Shown: positions 12,909 to 21,801 of the stretch, one piece after another
How positions within the stretch are numbered: the stretch's first letter is position 1
Layout of the letters: the number at the start of each line of letters is the position of its first letter
Assembly (NCBI GenBank): GCA_035553915.1
Contig: DATMJK010000061.1
Coordinates: 1,107-65,106 of the forward strand
Reading direction: 5' to 3'
From: Candidatus Limnocylindrales bacterium
GTDB taxonomy: Bacteria > Chloroflexota > Limnocylindria > Limnocylindrales > CSP1-4
Length of the DNA: 64,000 bases
Translations under genes and position numbers: made by a program
The notes under the pieces: generated by a model
Told to the model about the DNA's origin: nothing
What the model saw: the letters and a program-made list of their open reading frames with translations, nothing else
The model's database searches: none

Positions 12909-12941
12909 AAAAAAGCCGGGGGCCCGATCCGGCCCTCCGGC
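12909..12941 (-). terminator. intrinsic (rho-independent) terminator read on the minus strand
   Basis: GC-rich hairpin (plus-strand GCCGGGGGCCC-GATCC-GGCCCTCCGGC) immediately preceded on the plus strand by AAAAAA, which is a U6 tract after the hairpin on the minus strand. One of only two >=5 T/A runs in the window that abut hairpins. Confidence 0.6.
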
Positions 12942-13158
12942 TCCTGCATCGCCGGCGCTCTACGCGCCGGCCGTCAGGTCACAGAAAGGCACAGATCTCC
13001 CGCATCGGGCGCGACGGGCAGCCCGAGACGGGCACCCGTGGCGCTGGGAAGCCGGATGATCATCACTCTGTGCGCGCTCCTGCTACGGACGTGGCCGGCC
13101 AACGTGGCACGGCCGGCGGAGCATATGCCTGCCGCCATGCGCTGTCAAACTGCCCTCC

Positions 13159-14751
13159 GTGACTGACTCCTGGCTGCCGGCGGAGCACGGCGCTGACAAC
13201 CAGAACCTGCAGCGCCGCGTTGCCCGCGGCGTGGCCTGGACGATCGTCGACAACTGGGGTCGGCAGCTGCTGAACCTGCTGGTTTTCATCGTCATCGCGC
13301 GCTTTCTGCTGCCCGAGGAGTTCGGCCTGGTCGCGCTGGCGATGGTCTTCGTGGTGCTGGCCCAGCTGTTCGTCGACCAGGGGCTGGGCGACGCGATCGT
13401 CCAGCGTCGGCAGCTGACGCGCGAGCATATCGACACCGCGTTCTGGGCGGCCCTGCTGCTGGGCGCAGCGCTGACCGCCGCTGGCTTCCTGCTCGCGGAA
13501 CCGATCGGGCAGCTGCTCGGTGAGCCGGGACTGGGCCCGCTGCTGTCAGTGCTGTCGCTGACCTTCGTGATGACCGCCGCCGGCGCCATTCCGATGGGCC
13601 TGCTCCAGCGCGAGCTGCGCTTTCGCAGCCTGGCCCTGCGGACGCTCTTCTCGATTACAGGCGGCGGGGCGATCGGCATCGCGATGGCATTCCTCGACTA
13701 CGGCGCCTGGGCGCTGGTCGGCCAGCAGCTGGGCGTTGCCGCGCTGTCCGTCGTGGCCCTGTGGCTGGCCAGCCCGTGGCGTCCGGGCTTGCGCTTCTCG
13801 CGGCGTCACTTCGGCGAGCTCTTCGGCTTCGGCGCCAACGTCGTCGGCTCTGACCTGATGTACTACCTGACGCGCTACACGGACAACTTCCTGATCGGCG
13901 TCTTCCGCACGACCCAGGAGCTGGGCATCTATGCGGTGGGCTACCGAATCCTGGATTCGGCCAATGCGCTGCTGATCGGCATCTCGCGCAAGATCGCCTT
14001 CCCCAGCCTGTCGCGGCTGCAGCACGACCCGGAGCGCAGCAAGCGCGCTTACTTCCGCCTGACCAGGCTCAGCGCGGCGGTCGTCCTGCCCGCGTACATC
14101 GGCCTGGCGCTGGTCTCGCCCGAGCTGATCGCGCTCGTGTTCGGCGCGCAGTGGGCTGACAGCGGGCCCGTCGCGGCTGTCCTCTTCCTGGTCGGTCCGG
14201 CGTTCGCCGTCCAGGGCTTCGGCGGGGCACTGCTGATGGCCGCCGGCCGGCCGGACGTCGTCCTCCGCTTCCGCTTCATCAACATGCTCACGACGGTCGT
14301 CGGCTTCCTGATCGCGGTGCCTTTCGGCATCCTTGCCATGGCCATCTCGTTCGTCATCCGCGGATACCTGATGCTGCCGCTTCAGATCTACTACCAGCGC
14401 CGCTACGCCGGCATCCCTGGGCGGGAGTACCTGGCCCGCCTGCGCAGCCCGGCGCTGGCGACGCTCGTGATGGTCGCAGTCGTGCTCACCGTGCGCCTCC
14501 TTGTCGATCCGCAGGTCGGGCGCCTGCCACTGCTGGCGCTCGAGGTTGGAGCCGGCGCTCTCGCCTATCCGCTGGCGCTGCTGGTGCTCGATCGCGATCT
14601 GGTGCGCGACATGCTGGGAGTTGCCAGCCAGACGCTGCCGCTGGGCGACCGCGCCCGGCGGCGGCTGAGCGGCCGAGCCTCGCCACGGCCGCCGGACCCC
14701 ACGGCTGGCGACCCCGAATCCGGCCGCCGCGACCGGCTGGTCGACTCCTGA
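13159..14751 (+). CDS. polysaccharide/lipid-linked oligosaccharide flippase, Wzx-like (MOP superfamily)
   Basis: 530 aa with ~12-14 TM helices. N-terminal 'NLLVFIVIARFLLPEEFGL' is typical of Wzx/PST-family flippases. Confidence 0.8.
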   Translation: MTDSWLPAEHGADNQNLQRRVARGVAWTIVDNWGRQLLNLLVFIVIARFLLPEEFGLVALAMVFVVLAQLFVDQGLGDAIVQRRQLTREHIDTAFWAALLLGAALTAAGFLLAEPIGQLLGEPGLGPLLSVLSLTFVMTAAGAIPMGLLQRELRFRSLALRTLFSITGGGAIGIAMAFLDYGAWALVGQQLGVAALSVVALWLASPWRPGLRFSRRHFGELFGFGANVVGSDLMYYLTRYTDNFLIGVFRTTQELGIYAVGYRILDSANALLIGISRKIAFPSLSRLQHDPERSKRAYFRLTRLSAAVVLPAYIGLALVSPELIALVFGAQWADSGPVAAVLFLVGPAFAVQGFGGALLMAAGRPDVVLRFRFINMLTTVVGFLIAVPFGILAMAISFVIRGYLMLPLQIYYQRRYAGIPGREYLARLRSPALATLVMVAVVLTVRLLVDPQVGRLPLLALEVGAGALAYPLALLVLDRDLVRDMLGVASQTLPLGDRARRRLSGRASPRPPDPTAGDPESGRRDRLVDS

Positions 14752-14753
14752 CG

Positions 14754-15263
14754 GTGGCGCGGCCGGAGCTGGCGGGCCTCGTCGAGCTCGGGATGCTGGA
14801 CGCGGAGCTGGCCGGGCTCCTGTCCGTGCTGGGTGACCACGGCGTGCCGGTAGTCGTCGCGTCACGCGAGCCGGCGCTGGCCGGCAACCTCAGCAGCGCG
14901 CTGGCCGGGGTCAGCGGAACATTGGCCGCTGACTCGCTGGAGGAGGTCGTGCGCCTTGCCGGCGGCTCGGCCCAGGGCGGCGTGCCGGACGAGCTGCGCG
15001 AGATGGGGCTGGTGGTGGTCGCCAGGACGGTGGACGGCCAGCCGCGGGTGGCCGCCGCCCACTACGTCCGGCCGCTGGAACGGGACGCCGGCGGCCACGT
15101 CCAGCGCCGCGGCCCGGCCGTGCTGGCGGCCTACGACGGGCACAACGGCGAGTGGGAGCACTTCGCCTGGGCCATCGGCGCAGAGCTGGCCGAACGTGCC
15201 GGGATGTCACTGCGCGATTTCGAGGCGGAGCTCGACCGGCGTCGCCGGGAGCTGGGGCGGTAG
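14754..15263 (+). CDS. hypothetical protein (169 aa)
   Basis: GTG start 2 nt after the flippase stop. Very high third-position GC across the whole frame. No recognisable motif. Confidence 0.5.
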   Translation: MARPELAGLVELGMLDAELAGLLSVLGDHGVPVVVASREPALAGNLSSALAGVSGTLAADSLEEVVRLAGGSAQGGVPDELREMGLVVVARTVDGQPRVAAAHYVRPLERDAGGHVQRRGPAVLAAYDGHNGEWEHFAWAIGAELAERAGMSLRDFEAELDRRRRELGR

Positions 15264-15306
15264 GCCCGTCGCGGCAGGGGAGCGCCCAGCCCGCTAGAGT
15301 CCGTCG

Positions 15307-16731
15307 ATGGAGCCGATGAGCGCCACGCCTGCCCGACCGACGACCCTCGGCCAGCTGCGCGCCGCCGGCTACCGGCCGCGCTCGGTCAAGCACGAGCTGC
15401 GCGCCAACCTGATCGCCCGCCTCGTGTCCGAGGAGCCCATCTTCCCGGGCATCGTGGGCTACGACGAGACGGTCATACCGGCGCTCGAGAACGCCATCCT
15501 GGCCGGCCAGGACGTGTGCCTGCTCGGCGAGCGCGGCCAGGCCAAGACGCGCCTTGCCCGCCTGCTGGTCGGCCTGCTCGATGACGCGATCCCGGTCGTC
15601 GCCGGCGCCGAGCTCAACGACGACCCCTTCGCGCCAATCTCGCCCACTGCCCGCGCCCTGGTGACCGGGCAGGGTGACGCCACGCCGATCGACTGGCTGC
15701 CGCGCGAGCGGCGCTACACCGAGAAGCTGGCCACGCCGGACATCACCATCGCCGACCTGATCGGCGAGGTCGACCCGATCAAGGTCGCCGAGGGGCGCTA
15801 CCTGGCCGACGAGACGACGATCCACTACGGCCTGGTCCCGCGCGCCAACCGCGGCATCTTCACGCTCAACGAGCTGCCCGACCTCGCCGAGCGCATCCAG
15901 GTTGGGCTGCTCAACATCCTCGAGGAGCGCGACGTGCAGGTGCGCGGCTACACGCTGCGCCTGCCGCTCGACCTGTTCGTCGTCGCCAGCGCCAACCCCG
16001 AGGACTACACCAGCCGCGGCCGAATTATCACCCCGCTCAAGGATCGGCTCGGGTCGCAGGTGCGGACCCATTACCCGAGCTCGATCGAGGATGAGATCGC
16101 GATCATGCGCCAAGAGCGGTCGGTGCTCCGTGGCGGCGACGACGAGCCGCCGATCGAGGTGCCGCCGTTCATGCTCGAGCTCGTCGCCGAGCTGTCGCAG
16201 CTCGCCCGGCGCTCGCCGGACATCAGCCAGCGCTCGGGCGTGAGCGTCCGGGTCAGCATCGCCAACCTGGAGGTGCTAGAGGCGACCGCACTGAAGCGGG
16301 CCGTGCGGCTGGGCGAGCCGGTCGGCGTGCCGCGGATCAGCGACTTGCCGGCGCTGGTGGCCTCGACCGCGGGCAAGATCGAGCTTGAGTCGATCGGCGA
16401 CGATGTCGCCGAGGAGCGTGTCGTGGATCGGCTGCTGGCCCGGGCGGTGGTCAACGTCTTCAACCGCCGGGCACAGATCGACGAGCTCGAGCCGGTGGTC
16501 GAGGCTTTTGAGCGCGGCCTCGTGCTCGAGACCGGCGAGCGGGTCCGCGCGGCCGATTACGCCCGCTGGGCGCGCGAGGTGGATGGGCTGGGCGAGGCGA
16601 TCGGCCGGCTGGGCGGGGCAGGCTCCGATCCGGCATCGGCCTCGGCAGTGGAGCTCCTGCTCGAGGGTCTGCACCTCAACCGCCGGCTGAACAAGGACCG
16701 CACCGCCGAGGGCGCGCGGTATCGTGGCTGA
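15307..16731 (+). CDS. ChlI/BchI-like AAA+ ATPase (Mg-chelatase subunit I family)
   Basis: 'IFPGIVGYDETVIPALENAILAGQDVCLLGERGQAKT' matches the ChlI N-terminus plus Walker A. 'DDPFAPISP' corresponds to ChlI 'DPFNSDP'. 'ANRGIFTLNELPDL' is Walker B. 'LFVVASANPED' is sensor/arginine-finger-like. Confidence 0.85.
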   Translation: MEPMSATPARPTTLGQLRAAGYRPRSVKHELRANLIARLVSEEPIFPGIVGYDETVIPALENAILAGQDVCLLGERGQAKTRLARLLVGLLDDAIPVVAGAELNDDPFAPISPTARALVTGQGDATPIDWLPRERRYTEKLATPDITIADLIGEVDPIKVAEGRYLADETTIHYGLVPRANRGIFTLNELPDLAERIQVGLLNILEERDVQVRGYTLRLPLDLFVVASANPEDYTSRGRIITPLKDRLGSQVRTHYPSSIEDEIAIMRQERSVLRGGDDEPPIEVPPFMLELVAELSQLARRSPDISQRSGVSVRVSIANLEVLEATALKRAVRLGEPVGVPRISDLPALVASTAGKIELESIGDDVAEERVVDRLLARAVVNVFNRRAQIDELEPVVEAFERGLVLETGERVRAADYARWAREVDGLGEAIGRLGGAGSDPASASAVELLLEGLHLNRRLNKDRTAEGARYRG

Positions 16732-18775
16732 CCTGGCAGCGGGCAGCGACGAGCTGCGCCCGCCGGCCGGGCTGGTCGGCCGCGGGCCATATCGCTATGC
16801 GCGCTGGGATGGCCGCCAGCGGCTGCCCGACGTGTCCGCAGAGGAGCTGCTCGACTCGATCAGCGACGACCTGCTGGCCGATGGTGATGTGGGTTCGGCG
16901 CTGGGCCGGCTGTTCGAGCGCGGCTTTCATGGCTCGGAGCCGGATGGCGGCCTGACCGGGCTGCGCGAGCTGCGCCAGCGGCTGGCCAGAGCGCGCGAGG
17001 ACGCGCTCTCGCGCTACCAGCTCGGCGGCGTGCTCGACGATCTCGCCGGTGAGCTGCAGCAGATCGTGGACGCGGAGCGCCGCGGCCTGGAGCGGCGGCT
17101 GCTGGCGTCCTCCCGGGCAGGCGACACGGCCGCCGCCCTGGCGGGCGAGATCGCCGGCCGCCGGCGCGCAGAGCTGGACGAGCTGCCGGCCGAGCCGGGC
17201 AGCCGGCTGAAGGCGCTGCAGGGGTACGACTTCATGGAGCCCGAGGCACGGCACCGCTTCGGGGAGCTGATGGAGCGGCTGCGCGGGCAGGTCCTCGACT
17301 CGTACTTCGCTGGGCTTTCCGAGGCGATCAGCCGGGCGTCACCCGAGGCGCTTGCCCAGAACCGGCAGATGGTGCGCGAGCTGAACCAGCTGCTCCAGCA
17401 ACGTCTCGCCGGCGACGACCCCGACGCTTCCGAGTTCCTTGCCCGCCACGGCCGGCTGTTTCCCGGCGCGCGGACGCTCGATGAGGTGATCAGCCAGCTC
17501 GCGCAGCGGATGGGGGCGATGCAGTCGCTGCTGGCGTCAATGAGCGCTGACCAACGGCGCCAGCTGCAGCAGATGATGGACTCGCTGCTGCGCGACGACC
17601 GGCTGCGCTGGGACCTCGCCCAGCTCGCAGCGACCCTCGATCAGCTGTTGCCAGAAGGCCTTGGCCGAGAGTACGAGTTTGCCGGCAGCGAATCGCTCAG
17701 CCTCGATGGAGCCCTGGCCGAGCTCCAGCGTCTCGACCGCCTCGAAGCGCTGGCCGGGCGACTGGCCCAGGCGCGATCTCCGGCCGCCCTGGATGCGCTC
17801 GACCCGGCGGCTCTTGGCGAGCTGCTTGATGATGCGGCGGCACAAGACCTGCGGGCGCTCCAGGCGCTGGCCGGCAAGCTCGAGGCGGCGGGCCTCGTGG
17901 AGCGTCGAGGCGGGCAGCTGGAGCTGACTCCGCGCGGCACGCGACGGATAGGCCAGGGCATCCTCGACGAGCTGTTCCGGCGACTGCGCCGCGATGTCTT
18001 CGGGCCGCACGTCCGCGACGCCATTGGGGCGGGCGCAGAGCCAGCCGAGACGAGCCGTGCCTACGAGCTCGGCCGGCCCTTCAACCTCGACCTGCCGCGC
18101 ACGCTGGCCAACGCGTTGGCGCGCCAGGGCGCGAACGCGCCGGGCGCGGGGGTGCGGCTCGCGCCGGAGGACTTCGCAGTCTTCGAGGCCAGCGCCAGCA
18201 CACGCGCGGCAACCGTGCTGCTCGTCGACATGAGCCGTTCGATGCTGTTGCGTGGCTGCTACCTGGCGGCCAAGAAGGTCGCCATCGCGCTCGACGCGCT
18301 CATCAGGTCGCGCTACCCGCATGACGAGCTGCACGTCGTTGGCTTTGCCTACTACGCGCGGCCCATCAGACCAGGCGCGCTGGCCGGGCTGTCATGGCAC
18401 GGCTACGAGTACGGTACGAACCTGCAGCACGGGCTGCTGCTGGCGCGCGGACTGCTCGCGCGCAGCCATGCCGCCAACCGGCAGGTGCTGGTCATCACCG
18501 ACGGTGAGCCAACGGCGCACTTCGAGGGCGGGCAGGTCGAGTTCAGCTATCCGCCCACGCGGCGGACGATCAACGAGACGCTGCGCGAGGTGTCGCGCTG
18601 TACGCGCGACGGGATCACGATCAACACCTTCATGCTCGAGCGCTCGCGCGCGTTGACTGACTTCGTCGAGCGGATGACCAGGCTCAACCGCGGGCGCGCC
18701 TTCTATGCCGCGCCGGAGCAGCTGGGCGAGTACGTGCTCGTTGACTATGCCAATAGAAGAAGCCGGGCGAGGTGA
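16724..18775 (+). CDS. vWA-domain protein (ChlD-like partner of the AAA+ ATPase)
   Basis: The GTG start overlaps the upstream stop by 8 nt (GTGGCTGA). C-terminal vWA domain with MIDAS 'LLVDMSRSM' and 'VLVITDGEPT'. The N-terminal ~450 aa are helical/acidic and lack an AAA fold. Confidence 0.85.
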   Translation: MADLAAGSDELRPPAGLVGRGPYRYARWDGRQRLPDVSAEELLDSISDDLLADGDVGSALGRLFERGFHGSEPDGGLTGLRELRQRLARAREDALSRYQLGGVLDDLAGELQQIVDAERRGLERRLLASSRAGDTAAALAGEIAGRRRAELDELPAEPGSRLKALQGYDFMEPEARHRFGELMERLRGQVLDSYFAGLSEAISRASPEALAQNRQMVRELNQLLQQRLAGDDPDASEFLARHGRLFPGARTLDEVISQLAQRMGAMQSLLASMSADQRRQLQQMMDSLLRDDRLRWDLAQLAATLDQLLPEGLGREYEFAGSESLSLDGALAELQRLDRLEALAGRLAQARSPAALDALDPAALGELLDDAAAQDLRALQALAGKLEAAGLVERRGGQLELTPRGTRRIGQGILDELFRRLRRDVFGPHVRDAIGAGAEPAETSRAYELGRPFNLDLPRTLANALARQGANAPGAGVRLAPEDFAVFEASASTRAATVLLVDMSRSMLLRGCYLAAKKVAIALDALIRSRYPHDELHVVGFAYYARPIRPGALAGLSWHGYEYGTNLQHGLLLARGLLARSHAANRQVLVITDGEPTAHFEGGQVEFSYPPTRRTINETLREVSRCTRDGITINTFMLERSRALTDFVERMTRLNRGRAFYAAPEQLGEYVLVDYANRRSRAR

Positions 18776-18814
18776 TTGCTCGCCCGGCTCTCGTGAGCTC
18801 CTTCCAGCGGCCCG

Positions 18815-19366
18815 TCACCAGACCCGGCTGATCTCCTCACGGGTGGCCAGGATGCCACCGAGGATTGCCGATCCGGCACCGAGCGCGAGGCCCAGTACGG
18901 CGCTCCAGCCAGCCGCCTCGAATGCCTCGACGTCGGCCGGCTCGAAGCCAGCGCCGAACATGCGGGTCATGTCACCGAACGCGGCGCCCGCGCCCAGCGC
19001 TGCCAGGCCGAGCAGCAGGAACAGCGCCAGCGCCCAGACCAGGAAGCCATGCAGGATCGCCGGCCCGGGCTCGACGTGGCCCGCTGCCCAGACGGCGATG
19101 ATGCCGCCCGCGCCGAAGGCGATCACGATGAAGAGGCCGGTGATGATCGCGGCAACGGTCGCGCCGAACATTGGATCGGCGTCGCCGCGGACGTCGACCA
19201 CCTCCAGCCCTGCGGCGGCGGCGGCGACCATCAGCAGCACGAGCAGGGCCAGCGCGCTAAGCGCCCCGGCCAGGATCGAGCTCCAGCTGATGACGCTGCG
19301 TGGGCGGGCCTCGACGACGGCCACGTCGGCGATGACCGGGGTTGCGGTTTCTCTAGTCACTGTCAT
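18815..19366 (-). CDS. hypothetical integral membrane protein (4 TM)
   Basis: ATG at 19364-19366 with AGGAG 9 nt upstream (minus strand). Gly/Ala-rich TM helices. Confidence 0.6.
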   Translation of the reverse strand: MTVTRETATPVIADVAVVEARPRSVISWSSILAGALSALALLVLLMVAAAAAGLEVVDVRGDADPMFGATVAAIITGLFIVIAFGAGGIIAVWAAGHVEPGPAILHGFLVWALALFLLLGLAALGAGAAFGDMTRMFGAGFEPADVEAFEAAGWSAVLGLALGAGSAILGGILATREEISRVW

Positions 19367-19381
19367 CTCTTCCGCTCCTGC

Positions 19382-19444
19382 CTACAGCAGCCGCAGCAGC
19401 AGGATGACGAGGATGATGACCACGAGCAAGCCGATGATTCCCAC
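19382..19444 (-). CDS. 20-aa hydrophobic micropeptide (VGIIGLLVVIILVILLLRLL), single TM
   Basis: Not in the ORF track because it is under 60 aa. GTG start with GGGAGGAG 5 nt upstream (minus strand). The stop lies 15 nt before the ATG of the downstream membrane-protein gene. Confidence 0.5.
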   Translation of the reverse strand: MGIIGLLVVIILVILLLRLL

Positions 19445-19673
19445 GGGTTCTCCTCCCTGATTGACGGTGGGCTCGAGCACGCAAGGCGCGCACGCCCGCG
19501 TTGGGCCACCGGAACATCGCATCTGTGGCATTGCATAAGCGCGTCACCGCTGCCGCTGGACCTGACGAGCACGCCAACCGCATCCAGGCCCGTGAACGCG
19601 GTCCGCCTTTCGGCTCGGTACCATTCCTGTGCGCCCTCGAGAGACGTGGACCGTCCAGCCAAGGAGGCAACCG

Positions 19674-21095
19674 ATGCCACACCCGACCCCTGCCGCCTCG
19701 GTCGCGGACCTGCTACGCGAACTTGCCGGCGCGTGCCACGTCGAGGGCGACCAGCTGGTCATAGACGATGAGCGCGCCTTCCGCGATGCCGGAGTCCGCG
19801 TCGCTGCCTGGTCGGCCACGTTCAGCGACGACGCGGCCGCGGTCGAGGTCGCGCGCTGGATCATCTGGCAGGCGTCGCAGCAGCTGGGGGCGCCTTCGTG
19901 GAGCATCCACGAGCTGTACCTGGCTCGCGGCCGCGGCGAGGTAGCTGGCTTCACCGTGCCGGCAGTCAACATCCGAACGCAGGTCATGGACATGGCCGCG
20001 GCGATGTGCCGCGCCGCCGACGCCATCGACGCTGGCACGATCATCTTCGAGCTCGCGCGCAGCGAGCAGGAGTACACCTTCCAGCGCCCGGGCGAGTACA
20101 TCACCAGCGTGCTGGCGGGCTGCATCGCGGCGGGCTGGCAGGGCCCGGTCTTCGTGCAGGGCGATCACTACCAGTTCAACGCCAAGAAGTACGCGGCTGA
20201 TCCTGATTCGGTGACCGAGGGCCTGCGCCGCCTGGCGCGCGAGGCGCTTGAGGTGGGCTACGGCAACATCGACATCGACTCCTCGACGCTGGTCGACCTG
20301 TCGCTCGACAGCGTCGACGAGCAGCAGCGCACCAACTACCAGCGCGCGGCCGAGCTCTCGGCGCTGATACGAGCGAACGAGCCCGCGGGCATGATCGTCA
20401 GCATCGGCGGCGAGATCGGCGAGGTGGGCAAGCAGAACTCGACCGAGGAAGAGCTGCGCGCCTATCTCGACGGCTACCGCCGCTCGCTCGACTCGCTCGC
20501 CGGACGCGAGACGCCGGGCCTCTCGAAGGTCAGCGTGCAGACCGGCACCAGCCACGGTGGCGTGCCCCTGGCGGGCGGCGGCGTGGCGGAGGTGAAGCTC
20601 GACTTCGGCACCCTCGAACGGCTGTCGGCGGTTTGCCGCGAGTACGGCATGGCCGGCGCGGTCCAGCACGGCGCCTCGACGCTGCCGGACGAGCTGTTCC
20701 ATCGCTTCCCGCAGGTGGAGACGGCGGAGATCCACCTCGCGACCGGCTTCCAGAACCTGCTCTACGACCATCCCGCCTTCCCGCCCGACCTGAAGGCCGA
20801 GATCGAGGGCTGGTGCTTCGCCAACACGGCTGACGAGCGGAAGGAAGGCGAATCGGACGATGTCTTCCTGTACAAGACGCGCAAGAAGGCGCTCGGTCCG
20901 TACAAGCGCCAGCTGTGGGAGCTGCCGACGAAGGACGAGATTCTGGCTGACCAGGAGGCAAAGCTGCGCTACCTCTTCGAGCAGCTCGGCATCGCCGGCT
21001 CGAAGGAGATGGTCGCGCGCCATGTTCGCGCCGAGGGTCGTTCACGGCCGTTGCCGGACGCGCTTCGGGCGGTCTCCGCCGGCCAGGGCGGCTGA
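19674..21095 (+). CDS. class II fructose-bisphosphate / ketose-bisphosphate aldolase family protein
   Basis: ATG 19674 with AAGGAGG 6 nt upstream. Motifs 'VPAVNIRTQ', 'VQGDHYQFN', 'IDIDSSTL', 'SIGGEIGEVG', 'QTGTSHGG', 'VQHGAST' fit class II aldolase zinc and substrate sites. Confidence 0.85.
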   Translation: MPHPTPAASVADLLRELAGACHVEGDQLVIDDERAFRDAGVRVAAWSATFSDDAAAVEVARWIIWQASQQLGAPSWSIHELYLARGRGEVAGFTVPAVNIRTQVMDMAAAMCRAADAIDAGTIIFELARSEQEYTFQRPGEYITSVLAGCIAAGWQGPVFVQGDHYQFNAKKYAADPDSVTEGLRRLAREALEVGYGNIDIDSSTLVDLSLDSVDEQQRTNYQRAAELSALIRANEPAGMIVSIGGEIGEVGKQNSTEEELRAYLDGYRRSLDSLAGRETPGLSKVSVQTGTSHGGVPLAGGGVAEVKLDFGTLERLSAVCREYGMAGAVQHGASTLPDELFHRFPQVETAEIHLATGFQNLLYDHPAFPPDLKAEIEGWCFANTADERKEGESDDVFLYKTRKKALGPYKRQLWELPTKDEILADQEAKLRYLFEQLGIAGSKEMVARHVRAEGRSRPLPDALRAVSAGQGG

Positions 21096-21186
21096 ACCTG
21101 CGACGGCGTCACGACGGTTTGCTCGCTAGACTGAGCGCAACGATCCGAACCCATTCCTCCTTGCTCCAACGAGGTGAACTGATCCC

Positions 21187-21801
21187 GTGACGACGGGCAA
21201 TCGCGTGCCGCCGCCCCAGCTGGCGGTGGTCCAGGACTTCCTCAACAGCCGCGACCATGCACGCGGCCACGACGACTTCGAGACAACCGACCAGATGCGC
21301 CGCTGGCTCGTCCGCCACCGCCTGGCGGCGCCACAGACCGAGTTCGACGACGAGGACCGCCACCACCTCATCGAGGTCCGTGACGCGCTGGCGACGCTGG
21401 TCGCGGCCAATGCCGGCGATGGCGTGCCGCGCCGCCCGGTGACGATCCTCAACGAGGCTGCCAGGCGGGTCCGGCTCGGGGTCAGGCTCCATCCGGAGGA
21501 CGGCTACCGCCTGATGGCTGAGGGCATGGGCGTCGACCGGCCCGTCGGCGACCTGCTGGTCAGGGTCATGGGCTCGATGGCCGCCGGCTCGTGGTCGCGA
21601 CTGAAGGTGTGCGCCAACCCGGCTTGCAACCGGGCGTTCTACGACTGGTCGCGCAACCGCTCGGGGCGCTGGTGCTCGATGGCCGTGTGCGGCAACAGGA
21701 TCAAGGGCCGGGCCTACCGCCGCCGCCGCTCTGGCACGGCCCACGACCTGCAGCAGGGCGGCAGCGTCACCCACCGCGCCCCCGTCGCGGCGGCGAGCTG
21801 A
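21187..21801 (+). CDS. CGNR zinc-finger domain protein (ABATE + CGNR), putative stress-responsive regulator
   Basis: GTG start with GAGGTGA upstream. C-terminal 'CANPACNRAFYDWSRNRSGRWCSMAVCGNRIKGRAYRRRR' is the CGNR zinc-finger signature. Confidence 0.85.
   Translation: MTTGNRVPPPQLAVVQDFLNSRDHARGHDDFETTDQMRRWLVRHRLAAPQTEFDDEDRHHLIEVRDALATLVAANAGDGVPRRPVTILNEAARRVRLGVRLHPEDGYRLMAEGMGVDRPVGDLLVRVMGSMAAGSWSRLKVCANPACNRAFYDWSRNRSGRWCSMAVCGNRIKGRAYRRRRSGTAHDLQQGGSVTHRAPVAAAS

Noticed and set aside
12761-12949. 63-codon N-terminal extension of the ABC ATPase ORF
   Set aside because: The extension would place Walker A ~100 residues in. It also contains the hairpin+U6 terminator, and an ATG with normal Walker-A spacing exists at 12758-12760.
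14911-16113. 400-aa minus-strand ORF across the flippase / ChlI-like region
   Set aside because: Antisense to two motif-supported genes. Pro/Arg/Ala low-complexity translation with no start context.
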